NCBI GenBank assembly: GCA_032718475.1
Contig: JAUCBJ010001821.1
Location: 1 to 32,201, forward strand
Direction of reading: 5' to 3'
Length of the DNA: 32,201 nt
Origin: Nemertoderma westbladi
Taxonomy: Eukaryota > Animalia > Xenacoelomorpha
Shown: positions 1-11,145 of the stretch, piece after piece
How the letters are laid out: every line of letters starts with the position of its first letter
How positions within the stretch are numbered: position 1 is the stretch's first letter
Notes under the pieces: generated by a model
Databases searched by the model: none
What the model was told of the DNA's origin: nothing
The model's input: the letters and a program-made list of their open reading frames with translations, nothing else
Program-made: the position numbers and the translations under genes

Positions 1-278
1 ACTACTCATGCCAGCCCCTCCCAGAATAACCGTATTACCGTAATGTGTACCAACCGGGTATAATAAAGAACTTATGTATTCCACTAAAGCAACTCATTGA
101 AATAATTAGCTGATTCTAAAAGTTAGGCTGTTTTGTACACATCGTTTTATAATGAAATTGGATGCACAATACCTTAAGTTGTAGTTTCAAAGCCACATGC
201 ACTAAATATAATAACCATGAAATTTAGGAACCATTCCCTAGATTTAGGCTATGCAGGCGTCATCACTGATTACATGAT

Positions 279-314
279 GGGGGGGGGGGGGGGGGGGTGG
301 AGGGGGGGGGGGGG
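279..314 (+). repeat. poly-G tract (G-quadruplex-capable)
   Basis: 36 nt that are all G except one T and one A. Confidence 0.9.
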
Positions 315-719
315 TTGAACCTTTATATTTCATGACCAATGTTCTTTCGCGTAGCCAACTGGATCCTGAGTATAGTCAAAGTAGTTGCGGACCTGGCAGA
401 ACTTCCTGTCTGCAGCACAGTATGCATTGAGACAGAAACCAAGCATCGTCAATTCATCTTTATATGAGAAAGAGGCATCACCCCAGCTTCGCTTATTGTG
501 AGAGGTGTTCCATTCCATCTAAAATAGTAAGTTGTTAGTATAAGAATGAGTTAATGCAAGCGTCAACCTGCCAAACACCACATCATCCTCTGAGGATGCG
601 TCACGGCTAAGAGAACAGTGTAACAATTGTCAGGTTTTGGATAGTAAAAGAATCTGTGCTTGTAAAATAGAAGTACAAAATGTATTTTCTTTCGGTTTGT
701 TTGTGACTTTTTTCTTCAG

Positions 720-1249
720 TGTACGACGATTGAGAGGATTCTGCAGAAGACGACTTTCCGGCAACCAGAACAAGGTATGTGTTTCCGCGGACGATCGGCT
801 CTGCCATATACAGACCAAGTTGGTATAGGGATAGGGATACTGGAGATGGGGAGCATCCTTTGCAACATTCACGGAGAATCGGGAAGCATGGAAGAATCTC
901 ATTTCCACTGTATGTCCGAACTTTCTCGTCCTAGGATTAATAGTAAATCACGCAAAGGTAGTTTACGATATCAGCATGCACAATTTATAACGCCACAAAA
1001 ACAACAACAATTTTACAACTCTGGTATTGATAATTTATCAACATCTAAGGTATCTTTGTAGACAATTATGAAGTGGAGGGTCTAACCCATGCTCAACGTC
1101 TCCGCGCGTTCTACTGGAAGTTATGGTGCGGCATCAGCCGATATTCCTTGTCAACAGCCATCCTACTTGCAGTAGATGATCCAGCTAATATTGTCCTGTT
1201 GATCTACAATGTCTTACTAGAAAACGCCGCCAGGCCGGAGCACAGCTAG
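720..1249 (+). other. possible two-exon coding fragment of unknown product
   Basis: Pyrimidine-rich acceptor ttttcttcAG (ends 719), open frame 720-957 (same frame as ORF 777..1061), donor aaag|GTagt at 958, acceptor tttgtAG (ends 1061). The phase-1 join stays in frame to TAG at 1247-1249. No recognisable domain. Confidence 0.25.
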
Positions 1250-2068
1250 TGTCGAACGGATGGCACCATCAACTCTGCAGTGACCCCCGATGCGTCTACA
1301 TCCAAAGGACGGTTGTGTTTGCTGGTTAAGTGGTGGTCCGGCGGAAGGCCATGAGCATTACAACTCGTGTAGCAAAATTCCACCCTGCCGAAGCAACTTG
1401 CAAGTTGCTCTGTTTCTTATGGGCTTGCAACGCCTCGACCCACCTTTGTAATTATATTGTGAAACTTACTCTTCACATTTATGTTCCTAAACCGTTTTTA
1501 ATTCAGAATTATTAATTAACAAATATTTCGGTTTGTTTTTTAATCTATATCAAATTTTACCATATGATGGAAATTAATGTATCAATTTCTTTTCATATTT
1601 ATAATTTAACATTGAGACGAGATATAAATTCGCCGCGATGGGATTTGCGTCAAGTTTTCCTCGAAATGTCTCGAAATCACTCGGTTAGCCATAAAACCTT
1701 CCCTAAAGAAATATTATGTTTATAAACAGAAAATTAGAAATCTCTACTTACCTGGAATATAGTCAATCCTATTGCCCCCCACTCTATCTATGAATCCAAG
1801 AACTAATGCCACACATATATGCGAATCCCTTCCAATCTCAGCACCATAACGCTTTGATATCCTAGAATTTAAAGTAATTTAGTTAATTAATATTGTAAGG
1901 TTTTTAATTTTATACGGCTGTTCGTTCAACACAGAGCAACATTATTTTTCAAAGTCAGCAAGCATATACTTCCTGCCAGTTTACGACTACAAATTCTGAC
2001 CACTAACGAATTAATCTACATTGCGATACCTCTACCTAACACATTGTGATTGAAACTGAACTAACGCA

Positions 2069-3000
2069 GGGACACCTCCCTGCCGAACTCCTGGGACACC
2101 CCCTGCCGAACTCCTGGGACACCACACTGCCGAACTCCTGGGACACCACCCTGCCGAACTCCTGGGACACCCCCTGCTGAACTCCTGGGACACCACCCTG
2201 CCGAACTCCTGGCACACCTACCTGCCGAACTCCAGGGACACTTCCCTGCCGAACTCCTACGACACCACCCTGTCGAACTCCTAGGAAACCCCCTGACGAA
2301 CTCATGGGATATCTCCCGCCGCCGAACTCCTACGACACCACCATGCCGAACTTCTTGGACACCACACTGCCAAACACCTGGGACACCACCCTCCCGAACT
2401 CCTGGGACACCTACCTGCCGAACTCCTGGGACACCCCCTGCCGAACTCCTGGGACACCTACCTGCCGAACTCCAGCGACACTTCCCTGTCGAACTCCTAC
2501 GATACCACCCTGCCGAACTCCTAGGACACCTACCTGCCGAACTCCTGGGACACCCCCTGCCGAACTCCTGGGACACCTACCTGCCGAACTCCAGCGACAC
2601 TTCCCTGTCGAACTCCTACGACACCACCCTGCCGAACTCCTACGACACCACCCTGCCGAACTCCTGGGACACCTACCTGCCGAACTCCAGCGACACTTCC
2701 CTGTCGAACTCCTACGACACCACCCTGCCGAACTCAGGGAACACCACCCTGCCGAACTCCTGGGACACCTCCCTGCCGATCTCCTAGGACACCACCCTGC
2801 CGAACTCCTGGGACACCTACCTGCCGAACTCCAGCGACACTTCCCTGTCGAACTCCTACGACACCACCCTGCCGAACTCCTGGGACACCTACCTGCCGAA
2901 CTCCAGCGACACTTCCCTGTCGAACTCCTACGACACCACCCTCCCGAACTCCTGGGACACCACCCTGCCGAACTCCTGGGACACCACCTGGCCGAACTCC
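2069..3000 (+). repeat. GC-rich 24-bp minisatellite, ~39 units
   Basis: Consensus gggacaccaccctgccgaactcct, with recurring variants (gggacacctac-, gcgacacttcc-, acgacaccacc-) that form a 72-bp trimer in the right half. Confidence 0.95.
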
Positions 3001-3624
3001 ATTTTTGAATTTTTGTGATAAATTTAAGATGAGTCGCAAAAACAATTTATTACAATAGCCTGTGGATTCTACTTGAGTTAAACCGGGTGCTGTGGGGCGA
3101 GCCACGCAGTAAACCGGGTGCTGTTTGTATGGGTATAAACCACGGGATATTGTGGCCCACATTGGACACAACAAAACATACTTTTCTATCGTTACTTTTG
3201 AAGGAGTGTAACAGCACTGGGGCGTTACAGAAAAGCAGTGTTTTATAAAGCTTTTATAGTTATAAAAATAGGAATGCTGCACTAGTTAGTTTCACAAAGT
3301 TATCCATACTATGTAGAGTACATTTTTTGCCTTGCATTTAACTCAGGGAATAAGGGCTAAGGGAATTGATTTGGAAGATAAAAAGTTATCTGATAGCAAG
3401 ATAAAATGTACAACCTATACATATAATCCACGAAAATAATGTGCGCAACTTATTAAAACACCTTTCTTCAACCATATACTCCTTTATCAAAACTTTTGGT
3501 CGGATTTATTGTCTCAAGTTTGGGTTTACAAAAAACAACATTGGAAGTAGATTTATCCTGACTGAGTAACAACTTCTCAACTCAGACCATTATCACTAAA
3601 ATAATTTTTGGATATTGTGTGACC

Positions 3625-3755
3625 CATGGAATACTAAATATAGACGGAACCGCATTAGTGTTATTTTTTCGGCCCCGATATTTTTTTCAATAAAGTGGTA
3701 GTATATGACATAAAAACCTCAGAAAAAAAATTTAAGCAAATTCGACCGGAGCGTT
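3625..3755 (+). repeat. left terminal inverted repeat (131 bp)
   Basis: Matches the reverse complement of 7810-7940 without gaps; 6 mismatches counted by eye. Confidence 0.95.
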
Positions 3756-4301
3756 CTCGAGATATAATCCGTCAAAGTTTTCAAATTTGCCCACAAGAAA
3801 TGCAGTGTTGGGGGCGATTTAAGCTTATTTGCGATATATTTCTATGGCAACAAGTAGTAGTGCCATTATTCTTGAACTGCGCTGTTGTAATATTGATGCG
3901 TTGGTTTGTCAACAATGTTATCATTACCATAACTAGCTACAGCTGCACTATTTTAAAACAATATTTTAACCGATAATTTTTCGATTACAATTAACCAGTG
4001 GCCTACATCGCGGTAACCTTTGTCTCTACACAGTAGGGTCTTCATTACTTCTTCACAAGCGATTCGTCAGGGGCTGAATACGCCAGGTAAGGATTTTATT
4101 ATTATATCATGCATGAAATGTTCTACGACATGTTATCTATTTGGTACTACTATAGTATGTGTGTAGCCATGGTACAGCAAATTTATAAAATTTGTATGTC
4201 TTTTTATTTGGTTTTATTGCATTTTATTATGTTCTAGAACATTGGTGATTGTTCTAGAACCTTAGTAGACATTTTTTCTGACATCTAGTAGTATTTTTTT
4301 C

Positions 4302-4423
4302 ACTAGCTAGTATTTTTGAAAATAAAAAAAATAATATTTTATTTAGTGTTTTTTTAATATTGGAAAACATTCTAGAATCAATGTTTTCACATTTTTTTAT
4401 AATTTCAAAAAATACTAGCTAGT
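4302..4423. repeat. inverted repeat in the probable intron/5' region of the transposase
   Basis: actagctagtatttttgaaa (~4302-4321) pairs with tttcaaaaaatactagctagt (4403-4423); surrounding DNA is rich in ttctagaa/ctagctag palindromes. Confidence 0.65.
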
Positions 4424-4826
4424 TAAAAAAACGGCTATCCGTATGCCACATGCGTATGCGTATGTTCCTTAATCATTGTTACTATGGCTTCAATATTAGT
4501 TATAGAACACCATATAAAAGTTATTTAACTATTCTAGAATAAAATAAAAAATAAAATGATCTAGAACATATAGCTATAGTTATTTTTTCATTTTAAATTC
4601 GCTAGTAATTTTAAAAAAATCAGATTTCAACTTTTAACAATTTATTGCCAAATATTTCAACATTTTTATAGTTTCAAAAGATACTAGCTCTGTAATAAAT
4701 TAATTGATTATTGATTCGAGTTTTTGTATTCAGTAGTAATTAGTTTACATTGCAATGTGAAATATAAATACTGGCACGGGCGAAACACTAGCCGTATAAA
4801 TTATTTTAGATTAATATTTTTGTTAG

Positions 4827-6583
4827 GTCGAGAATTCGATTACGATAAAGATCGAATTTGTAAAGTTCACTTCGAGCCGAAGGATTTTATGATGAACAGA
4901 AATTTGCAGTTTCGAAGTTCCAATCTCAAAAAGGAATCAATTCCATCAATATTTACATTGGCTGTGCCATTACCATCCCCACTACGAAAGTCACCAACTA
5001 AACGAAAAGTTGATCCAACACTATACAACCTACTCGAAAATAGAAAATTAGTTGAAGAAGACAAATTGGAGTGGCAGTTGGGAAATATAAAGAAATGGAT
5101 TGAAGACGAGGATGTTTTTAAGAATAGAGAGGTACATGCGTGTAAGTGTGATGTTGAAAGTGAAGATGGAATTATGATTTATGAAATTTCCCCCGAAAAT
5201 CTAAAACTGAATTACTTCCTTAAGATCTCAACGACGTACTTTATTGTTTCTCAAAATACCTCTAAAATACCCCTCGTTAATTTTAGCTATTTACCACGTA
5301 ACAAAAGTGGGTATAATAAAGTTCAGAAGAAAAGCGTTTTGCTTAGGCTAATGAATGAGGTCAAGTTTCATTCATTGCCTAATTTTGACTCAGATTTCAT
5401 GGAATTTCTAGACGAGTACCGCAATTATAAAAAGATAGGAATATACCCCAAGAATATCATTAGAAAGTGTCTTATTCTACGTTATAAGAGCAGGAATGGA
5501 TATAAAGAGCTCTTGAAGTTGGTGCCGAACCTACCCAGCATTTCATTCTTTGAAAAGTTGACAAGAGGTGATGTAAAAGTTTATACACTTCTAAAGAGCA
5601 TTGGTATGGATCAAAAAAAAATGTTGTAATATACGCGGATGAAATTTACTTACAGAGAGAATCAATATTTAGTGCAGGAGGTATTATTGAATCACCAAAG
5701 ACCCTGCTGGATATTATGGTAAGAGGTCTAAGTGGGGGAAATGGAATAATTGTCAAGTCAGTGCCATGTTACGAGACATTAACTGGAGACATGTTGATAA
5801 AAGAATTCAAGGAAGTTGTGAAACATTTAAAAGAGGCCGAGTTTCAGCCACGAGTGTTTGTTACTGATGGCCTTTTAGTTAATGTCAATGCTTACTCAAA
5901 GATTATATATGAACCAGAGCTTTGTGATATAATTCCGTTGTTTGATTATAATCACCTCATGAAGAATACACGAAATAACTTATTTAACACCGGCATATTT
6001 TATCCTCCTGAATTTAAGTGGAGTTATATGAATGACGTATTTCAAATAGGAGCAAATGCTAAAGTGTCGATGTCTGATGTTCGTATGGTGTATCAGATGG
6101 ATACAGAGAGAATTAATTGTGATTCTTCAGTCAATCTGCGAAAAGCCCACAAGCTGACATATGCAACAATCAACGTTGGAAAGCGCAAGCAAAACACCCA
6201 GCTTATGCTCAACCTGTACAATGATAGTACTATCGATGCCCTCAGATGGTATTTGGGTGGTGGCACAGAGAACTTCCATAATGACACAGCTGATTACTTC
6301 CGTGTTATTAGACTCTTCTGGGAGTTTATGAACTGTAAACATAATACGTCTAATCCCAAGAACACCCAACAACACAAGAACACCCTTGGTAAACAACAAG
6401 AACAAAGCGAGTCCAACATTACATAGACTCCTAGTAAACCAAATAGATACCACTGAAGTTGTCTGCTCTGAACACAGCGAGAAATTCAAACCAAAATTAC
6501 TACAAAAACTGGTAAACGTTTTCCTTAAGGCTGAGGCTAGTCACATGAAAGAAATTATTGATGAACAGGCAGGAAATGTATAA
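4827..6583 (+). pseudogene. THAP-domain P-element-type transposase, frameshifted and internally deleted
   Basis: After acceptor ttttgttAG (4826): RICKVHF..F...LKKESIPSIF (C-terminal half of THAP), then YKSRNGYKELLKLVPNLPS. After a -1 shift at A9 (5613-5621): NVVIYADEIY (first catalytic D), VFVTDG (second D), LFDYNHLMKNTRNNL (D-x2-H motif of P transposases) and KQN. A third frame (6386-6583) gives a C-terminal CSEH...LVNVFLK. No QDxLE-type catalytic-E segment is seen. Confidence 0.88.
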
Positions 6584-6689
6584 AACGGGACTGAATGGAT
6601 TTAAAGCGCCACAGTTATACAAGAAAAAACGGATTCTTTAGTCAGATATTAATCAAAATAACATCCATCCCTTTCAAAACTGCCTGGCA

Positions 6690-7230
6690 CTGGCCTGTCG
6701 TCTCTACTACCACTGCCACCCTGGCTGTTGTTTCTACTATCACTGCCACCCTGGTAGTTGTTTCTACTACCACTGCCACCATGGCTGTTGACTCTACATC
6801 CATTGCCACCCTGGCTGTTGTTTCCACTACCTACCACGTTGCCACCATGGCTGTTGTTTCTACTACCACTGCCACGTTGCCACCCTGGCTGTCATCTCTA
6901 CTACCACTGCCACCCTGGTAGTTGTTTCTACTACCACTGCCACCATGGCTGTTGACTCTACATCCATTGCCACCCTGGCTGTTGTTTCCACTACCTACCA
7001 CGTTGCCATCATGGCTGTTGTTTCTACTATCACTGCCACACTGGTAGTTGTTTCTACTACCACTGCCACCCTGGCTGTTGTTTCCACTACCTACCACGTT
7101 GCCACCCTGGCTGTTGTTTCTACTATCACTGCCACCCTGGTAGTTGTTTCTACTACCACTGCCACCCTGGCTGTCATCTTTACTACCACTGCCACCCTGG
7201 CTGATGATTCTACAACCACTGCCACCTGGA
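6690..7230 (+). repeat. 30-bp minisatellite inside the transposon (with 39-bp variant units)
   Basis: Consensus ctaccactgccaccctggctgttgtttcta, ~17 units; some units carry an extra ~9 nt (ctaccacgt). Confidence 0.95.
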
Positions 7231-7563
7231 GACTCTGCCAGCAATCAGAATAATAGGAGAATCGCCACTCGTATCTTGACAATCACCACTAGTGACAGCT
7301 ATACATCTTTGGAAATGGGGTGTCCAGTACTTGGCAGTACTGCTGAAGAGGCCTAAAGCCGGCGGAAACGCCGTTTCTATTAATGGTTTATTATTATTAT
7401 ACTGCATAAAGAATCAATTACATAGCCTCCCTATACATACTGTATATATTACATTATATAAAGTAGGATAGAATAAATTACTGTTTTCGACACATGTAGT
7501 GCCACAATCACTACACTAATTATATTTAATTATAAATTGAATTGATATTAAATTGTATTAATA

Positions 7564-7586
7564 GGGGGGGGGGGGGGGGGGGGGGG
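7564..7586 (+). repeat. poly-G tract (G23) within the transposon
   Basis: Pure G run. Confidence 0.9.
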
Positions 7587-7809
7587 AGTAATATATAAAA
7601 CTAATAAAAGTGTCAAAATTAGCTTCCACAGCAGTGTTTATTTAAATATATTTAATATATATATATATTAATAGATTTTACCTCGTTGCTATAGTTACCT
7701 GTGCTAGAAATTAAAATAAATAGGATAAAAATAAATAGGGTAGTAGATGGAAAAAATAATTAATTCATGGCAAAACCTAGAAATTTTATGTTTGCCCGGT
7801 TTCCATGGA

Positions 7810-7940
7810 AACGCTCCGGTCAAATTTGCTTAAATTTTTTTTCTGAGGTTTCTATGGCATATACTACCATTTTATTGAAAAAAATTTCGGGGCCGAAAAA
7901 ATAACACTAATGCGGTTCCGTGTATATTTAGTATTCCATG
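7810..7940 (-). repeat. right terminal inverted repeat (131 bp)
   Basis: Ends ...gtattccatg and is followed by the TSD tgtgacc. Confidence 0.95.
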
Positions 7941-8469
7941 TGTGACCCTTTCCTATTCTGTAATCATTTACTTTTCTGTGGACCTTTCTTATATTATGTA
8001 ACTATTTGCTTTTATGTAATCCTGTGCTCATCCTGTAACCATTAATTTTTATGTAAAGCTTTCTTATCCTATAACCGTTTCTGACTTAGACCCACCTTTC
8101 TGGGACAAATGTTCGCCATCTTGAAAGTGTACCAGTTGTTGCCATGACTACTACGATCAAGTGAATGGTTAATACCCCAAGAAAGGAAGCTGCAGCCGGC
8201 CGCATATTCCCTACCGTATTGATTGCAGACGATTACCTAATTTGAAAGCTCAAACCAGAACTGCTTCGTATAGAGTTATAGCGAGAATTGTTAAACAAGC
8301 AATGCTTACATTACGCCATATTATACCAATAATTTAAATAATATACAATTAAGTACCGTAAGAAACAAAAAGGATTACGCAAGGTATTATAATAGTTGGA
8401 TCCAACCCTCTTGGTCAAGAGGATGATTGTCTTACCCACTACAGTCTTTTGCCGGTACGCAGCATAATG

Positions 8470-8860
8470 CGCCCGTGAGAAAGCTTCGACCGCGTCCAAT
8501 CTTCGCCCGGAGCAATCTGGCAAAATGAGCAACTGTCGCTCGGCGGAAACCTTCGCCCGCAGGCAATCTTAGCCCGCGAGCAACCTCTGCCCATTAAACA
8601 ATGATTTTTTTGGTTAGAAAAAGCCGTCTGTAACCTGCTCCTTTTTCTCATGGTAACAACATCGTTTATTGTTTTGGTTAGAAAGAGCCGCCTCAGTAAT
8701 CGCTCTTTTCCCTCAATTGGTAACTAAAATGGTTACTAACACAAATCTTATTGGACGAAGGTTGCTCGCGGGCGAAGATCGCCTTGCGGGCGAAGGCTGG
8801 ACGCCGGCGAAGATTTGACGCGGGCGAAGGTTATACGCGGGCGAAGTTTGCACCCAACCC
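8470..8860. mobile_element. degenerate foldback/MITE-like element with ~17-bp subterminal repeats
   Basis: Left arm has cttcgcccgc repeats and right arm has gcgggcgaag repeats. 8550-8593 matches the reverse complement of ~8751-8796. The left end is decayed and no TSD was found. Confidence 0.65.
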
Positions 8861-9596
8861 TCTTGTGGTAGATAGAAAAATTGTATTAAATAAAACTGGG
8901 TGAATAATATATAAAAAATATCCCAATGTTTAAGTGAAACAGTTTCATCTTCCTAAACGAATCACCAAGGCATCAATGGACATCGACGAGTGTGGGACTT
9001 CGCGCGGTACGAAATCAAGATTAGCCTATAAGTCTATAAGAGTGTTACAATTTGTGAACCTGGCCACTGTAGAAGTCTGTCTGTGTGTAGAATTTCTAAA
9101 CTTTTGATATACTATACCAAGTTTGGTTCCATTTTATCAATGAGTGACTCACACCACTCAGCAGTAATTAAAGTACGGTGAACTAAAGTAACTATAAACT
9201 ACCCGTTGGAAGGTCCATTGTGTCATCGTAAAAAAAATACATACTGAACATACATGCACCGCTACCGCTAGACAGCTTTTCAACTGTACCCAATCAGAAC
9301 TTTGGCATATACGTTAGGTATGCCTACACACCCAATAGGGTCAAAATGAATTAAATATTTATATTTCTTATATATATATTTTATATCAGAAACCTAAATG
9401 TCAAAAATGAAAATATCTTGCTTTAAATACTTCAGGTGAAAAGTTAAGTAATGAATCAGCCAATAGCGATGAAGTTGCTCCATTGGAAATCCTTGACTTA
9501 CCCAGCCTGGCACCCCCATTACCCTGCATTGTATAGCAACGTTCAGACACTTTACGCACTTTGCAGTGACAGCACGGTGAGCTCTTACTCCACAAA

Positions 9597-11145
9597 GGCC
9601 CGGTTTTTCAAACTAACTGCTCACTTATCCTAAAATGGACACTTAATAATTTTAAATGCCCACTTTGTTAAATGGCCACTTAGTTTAAGTTAAGTGTTGT
9701 TTCTCATAAAAAGATAACGAGCACTTCTAAGTGGCCACTTTAATAATTTAAAGTGAAATTTATCCTAAACTGAAAGTTTAGTTATTTACTGTAGTTACCG
9801 GTAGCTAACAGTTCAATCAGTTAAATATGATCATATGTGAATGGAAGATCAATTTAATTTAATTTTATTACGTCTGAGCACGTGTGAGTACAAAACAAAC
9901 ACCCAAGACTTTAGTAGCGCCCGTTCTGTACAAAACAAAGTGGTAAGGAAGCGTTAGGTCCCAAAGAGCGTTAGATCCTAAAGAGTGTTAGGTCGCAAAG
10001 AGCGTTAGATTCTAAAGAGTGTTAGGTCGCAAAGAGCGTTAGATCCTAATGAGTGTTAGGTCGCAAAGAGCGTTAGATCCTAAAGAGTGTTAGGTCGCAA
10101 AGAGCGTTAGATCCTAAAGAGTGTTAGGTCGCAAAGAGCGTTAGATTCTAAAGAGTGTTAGGTCGCAAAGAGCGTTAGATCCTAAAGAGTGTTAGGTCGC
10201 AAAGAGCGTTAGATCCTAAAGAGTGTTAGGTCGCAAAGAGCGTTAGATTCTAAAGAGTGTTCGGTCGCAAAGAGCGTTAGATCCTAAAGAGTGTTAGGTC
10301 GCAAAGAGCGTTAGGTCCCATTGCCATTTAAAGGAGCAGGTAAGTAAAGGAGCAGGTTGCAGATGCGTATTGTGGAACCAAAACAATAAACGAAAGTTAA
10401 CACATGTTACAAGATTATTCAGGTCTTTATAATTGGGCCTTTCTTTTGTACACACCCGTCGGAGCACTGGTTCCTTATTCCCGCCCGCCCGCCCACTAGT
10501 TCCGTACCGGTACTCCTCCCCACTAGTTCAGTAAAAGAATTGTAGCTAGCTAGACCAAGAATAATAGCTACCATAAAAAATCGACAGTATATATTTTTGC
10601 CGCGGGATGTTCTAGAACATGAATTATGCCAAAATCCGCATATGAAATAGCTAGTAAAAAATTGAAAATGAATACGGATCTACGGATCTCTTCCCAATAT
10701 TTTACAGTCGATTTCAAATGCCCTGTAGGGCTGTAGTGTCTCAGTAGAACTCAATAAAATTTAGTATCGTTATATACTTGTACCGGGTAGGAGTCAATGG
10801 CGCAAAATAACCGCAAACACAAAATAAATTTTAGAGGGTTTGAAAATTAATTTAATTTAATTAAAAACATTAAGGGAAAGGAGCAGGTTACAGTGACGGT
10901 GTTTTCTAACCAAAACAATAAACTATACATTATTTCACTTAAAATCAACTTTCCCTGCTGATCACTATTTTAACTTACGGTCAATGTGCGCCACTATCTG
11001 ACTTGTAGTTGATTGAGTTTGATGTTGTTTACTCTCGATTTTCGTCAATGCCTATGTATAACTACTGGAACTTAAAAGCCATAACATTACCGCTTCCAAT
11101 TAAATTTGCCCAATTTAAGTTAAGTGAGTTTTCAGAAACCGGGCC
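9597..11145. mobile_element. non-autonomous TIR element, PIF/Harbinger-like ends
   Basis: Left GGCCCGGTTTTTCAAAACT versus right reverse complement GGCCCGGTTTCTGAAAACT, followed in both by ctcactta. Flanks are aaa/ata (imperfect 3-bp TSD). No ORF. Confidence 0.6.
9950..10320 (+). repeat. 17-bp tandem array organised as a 34-bp dimer
   Basis: aaagagcgttagatcct alternates with aaagagtgttaggtcgc, ~22 monomers. Confidence 0.95.

Larger units (their letters stand above)
3625..7940 (+). mobile_element. P-superfamily (THAP/P/Galileo-like) DNA transposon, defective copy, 4316 bp
   Basis: 131-bp TIRs starting CATGGAATAC, TGTGACC duplicated at 3618-3624 and 7941-7947, and an internal THAP + P-type transposase. 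Confidence 0.93.

Noticed and set aside
330-518. 62-aa minus-strand ORF preceded by ttttAG
   Set aside because: Could be a terminal exon, but there is no recognisable homology and no convincing upstream exon.
3079-3124. taaaccgggtgctgt direct repeat x2
   Set aside because: Isolated short duplication with no further structure.
2032-3282. GGVPGVRQ / PAELLGH ORFs resembling elastin- or collagen-like proteins
   Set aside because: Overlapping ORFs on both strands from a 24-bp minisatellite, with no unique flanking coding sequence.
4770-4792. Helitron-like 3' end (gcacgggc...actag); similar at 1225-1250
   Set aside because: No complete subterminal hairpin and no 5' end identified.
4724-4826. N-terminal 34 aa of the 301-aa ORF
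   Set aside because: Starts at TTG in AT-rich sequence upstream of a clear acceptor; probably intronic.
6595-7356. Mucin-like and Gly/Ser/Asn-rich ORFs
   Set aside because: Artefacts of the 30-bp repeat; open in several frames.
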